The notes under the pieces are model-generated. The model was given only the letters and a program-made list of their open reading frames with translations, was not told where the DNA came from and searched no databases. Both the position numbers and the translations under genes were made by a program. 64,000 bases of DNA, taken from Camelus ferus (taxonomy: Eukaryota). Where the stretch lies: the NCBI RefSeq assembly GCF_009834535.1, contig NC_045715.1, positions 29,946,001-30,010,000 of the forward strand, written 5' to 3'. Positions 63,051 through 64,000 of the stretch are shown here, piece after piece. The number at the start of each line of letters is the position of its first letter. Position 1 is the stretch's first letter.

Positions 63051-63480
63051 CCATTCATTCATTCATACAACCACCGAAGCATCCATTCACTCACTCTTTT
63101 CTCCTTTCTTCACACCATGCATTAATTCCACGCATTCTTCCTTTCCTTCCTTCACCTCCTCCATTTCTTCATTTCCCCCCCGTACATTCTTCATTCGTTT
63201 TTAAATGAATATTTCTCATCTGCACAAGTTGGGAATCTTGTGTGGAGGACACGTGAGGGGATGGGGAAGCGTTGCTACCTATGTCTTGCCCGTTGCTCTC
63301 AATTTCTCTTGCTCTTCCAAGAGAAAGAGGGGACACCCGTGTCTTCAAAGGAAAAGTTCTCCCTTTAGGTCCTGGATAGAGGGTCTCCTGTGTCAACTTC
63401 CCAGATCACATAGAATTGGACACAAGGATGTGTTTTTTGAAAGTGGTTTTTCTCAGGAAGATTGTTGTCTAAAAAAATAA

Positions 63481-63606
63481 TATAGCTTAGTGGTAGAGCA
63501 TAAACTTAGTATGCACAAGGTCCTGGGTTCAATCCCCATTAAAAATAATAATTAAAATAATAATAATAAACCATTCAAAATAATAATAAACCTAATTACT
63601 CCCCCC
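63481..63606 (+). mobile_element. tRNA-derived camelid-type SINE with (TAA)n-expanded tail
   Basis: tatagcttagtggtagagcataaacttagtatgcacaaggtcctgggttcaatcccc...aaacctaattactcccccc. Confidence 0.88.
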
Positions 63607-64000
63607 AAAATTAAAAAGTGGAGTGGTCATTCCTCACCAGGGATAAAACACTGGCCTTGAGTGTTTGCAACATCTGGTTAGGGAAGTTTAGTTCCTCCTG
63701 GTGGGGCTGGGATGGGGAGGCCCAGACACGCTGGGCTGCACTCTGCTGAGGTTCCCTCCACAGCCACAGCCACAACCCCAATGCCTCCTTCCCTCTCCTT
63801 ACTTTCCTTGGGCAAACCCCACCCACATGGAGCCCAATAAGTGCTCCATGATTTGTCCCCTACCCCAAGTGCCAGCAGTGCTGTTAGAAGGTCATCTCCA
63901 AGAAAATCTCTCCCTTTTCCATCTCTGGCATTGGGAGAAGGAAGCTGGAGTGAGGCATAGACAGCTACTAACTGGCTTCCCTACCCTCCTCCCCCATGCA

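Noticed and set aside
62444-63208. 254-aa plus-strand ORF antisense to NFKBIE exon 1
   Set aside because: GC-rich shadow with a non-ATG start and no homology I recognise.

Overview
Mammalian genomic DNA, probably a camelid (alpaca or camel), judged from six copies of a tRNA-derived SINE resembling the camelid Vic-type family. It is syntenic to the human chr6p21.1 block. Gene order: last six coding exons of CAPN11 (+), about 17 kb of repeat-rich intergenic DNA, the 85-aa muscle fusogen microprotein MYMX/myomixer (+), SLC29A1/ENT1 (+, 12 coding exons, 456 aa), HSP90AB1 (+, 11 coding exons, exon 8 mostly in an N-gap), SLC35B2/PAPST1 (-, 4 exons, 432 aa) and NFKBIE/IkB-epsilon (-, 6 exons, 362 aa). 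Exon boundaries were read by hand from the sequence and their lengths sum to intact frames. I found no new gene family or new multi-gene system. The best second-look items are: a degenerate U12-type intron in CAPN11 with an internal U2 donor; an ERV1 solo LTR carrying a nested, poly(A)-tailed retroposed LTR-like fragment with a perfect 16-bp TSD; a dense E-box cluster about 5 kb upstream of MYMX; an L2-derived poly(A) signal for MYMX; tandem donors in ENT1; loss of the human upstream NFKBIE start; and overlapping opposite-strand poly(A) signals between HSP90AB1 and SLC35B2. Comparisons to human or mouse sequences and repeat consensus names come from memory, not from a search.
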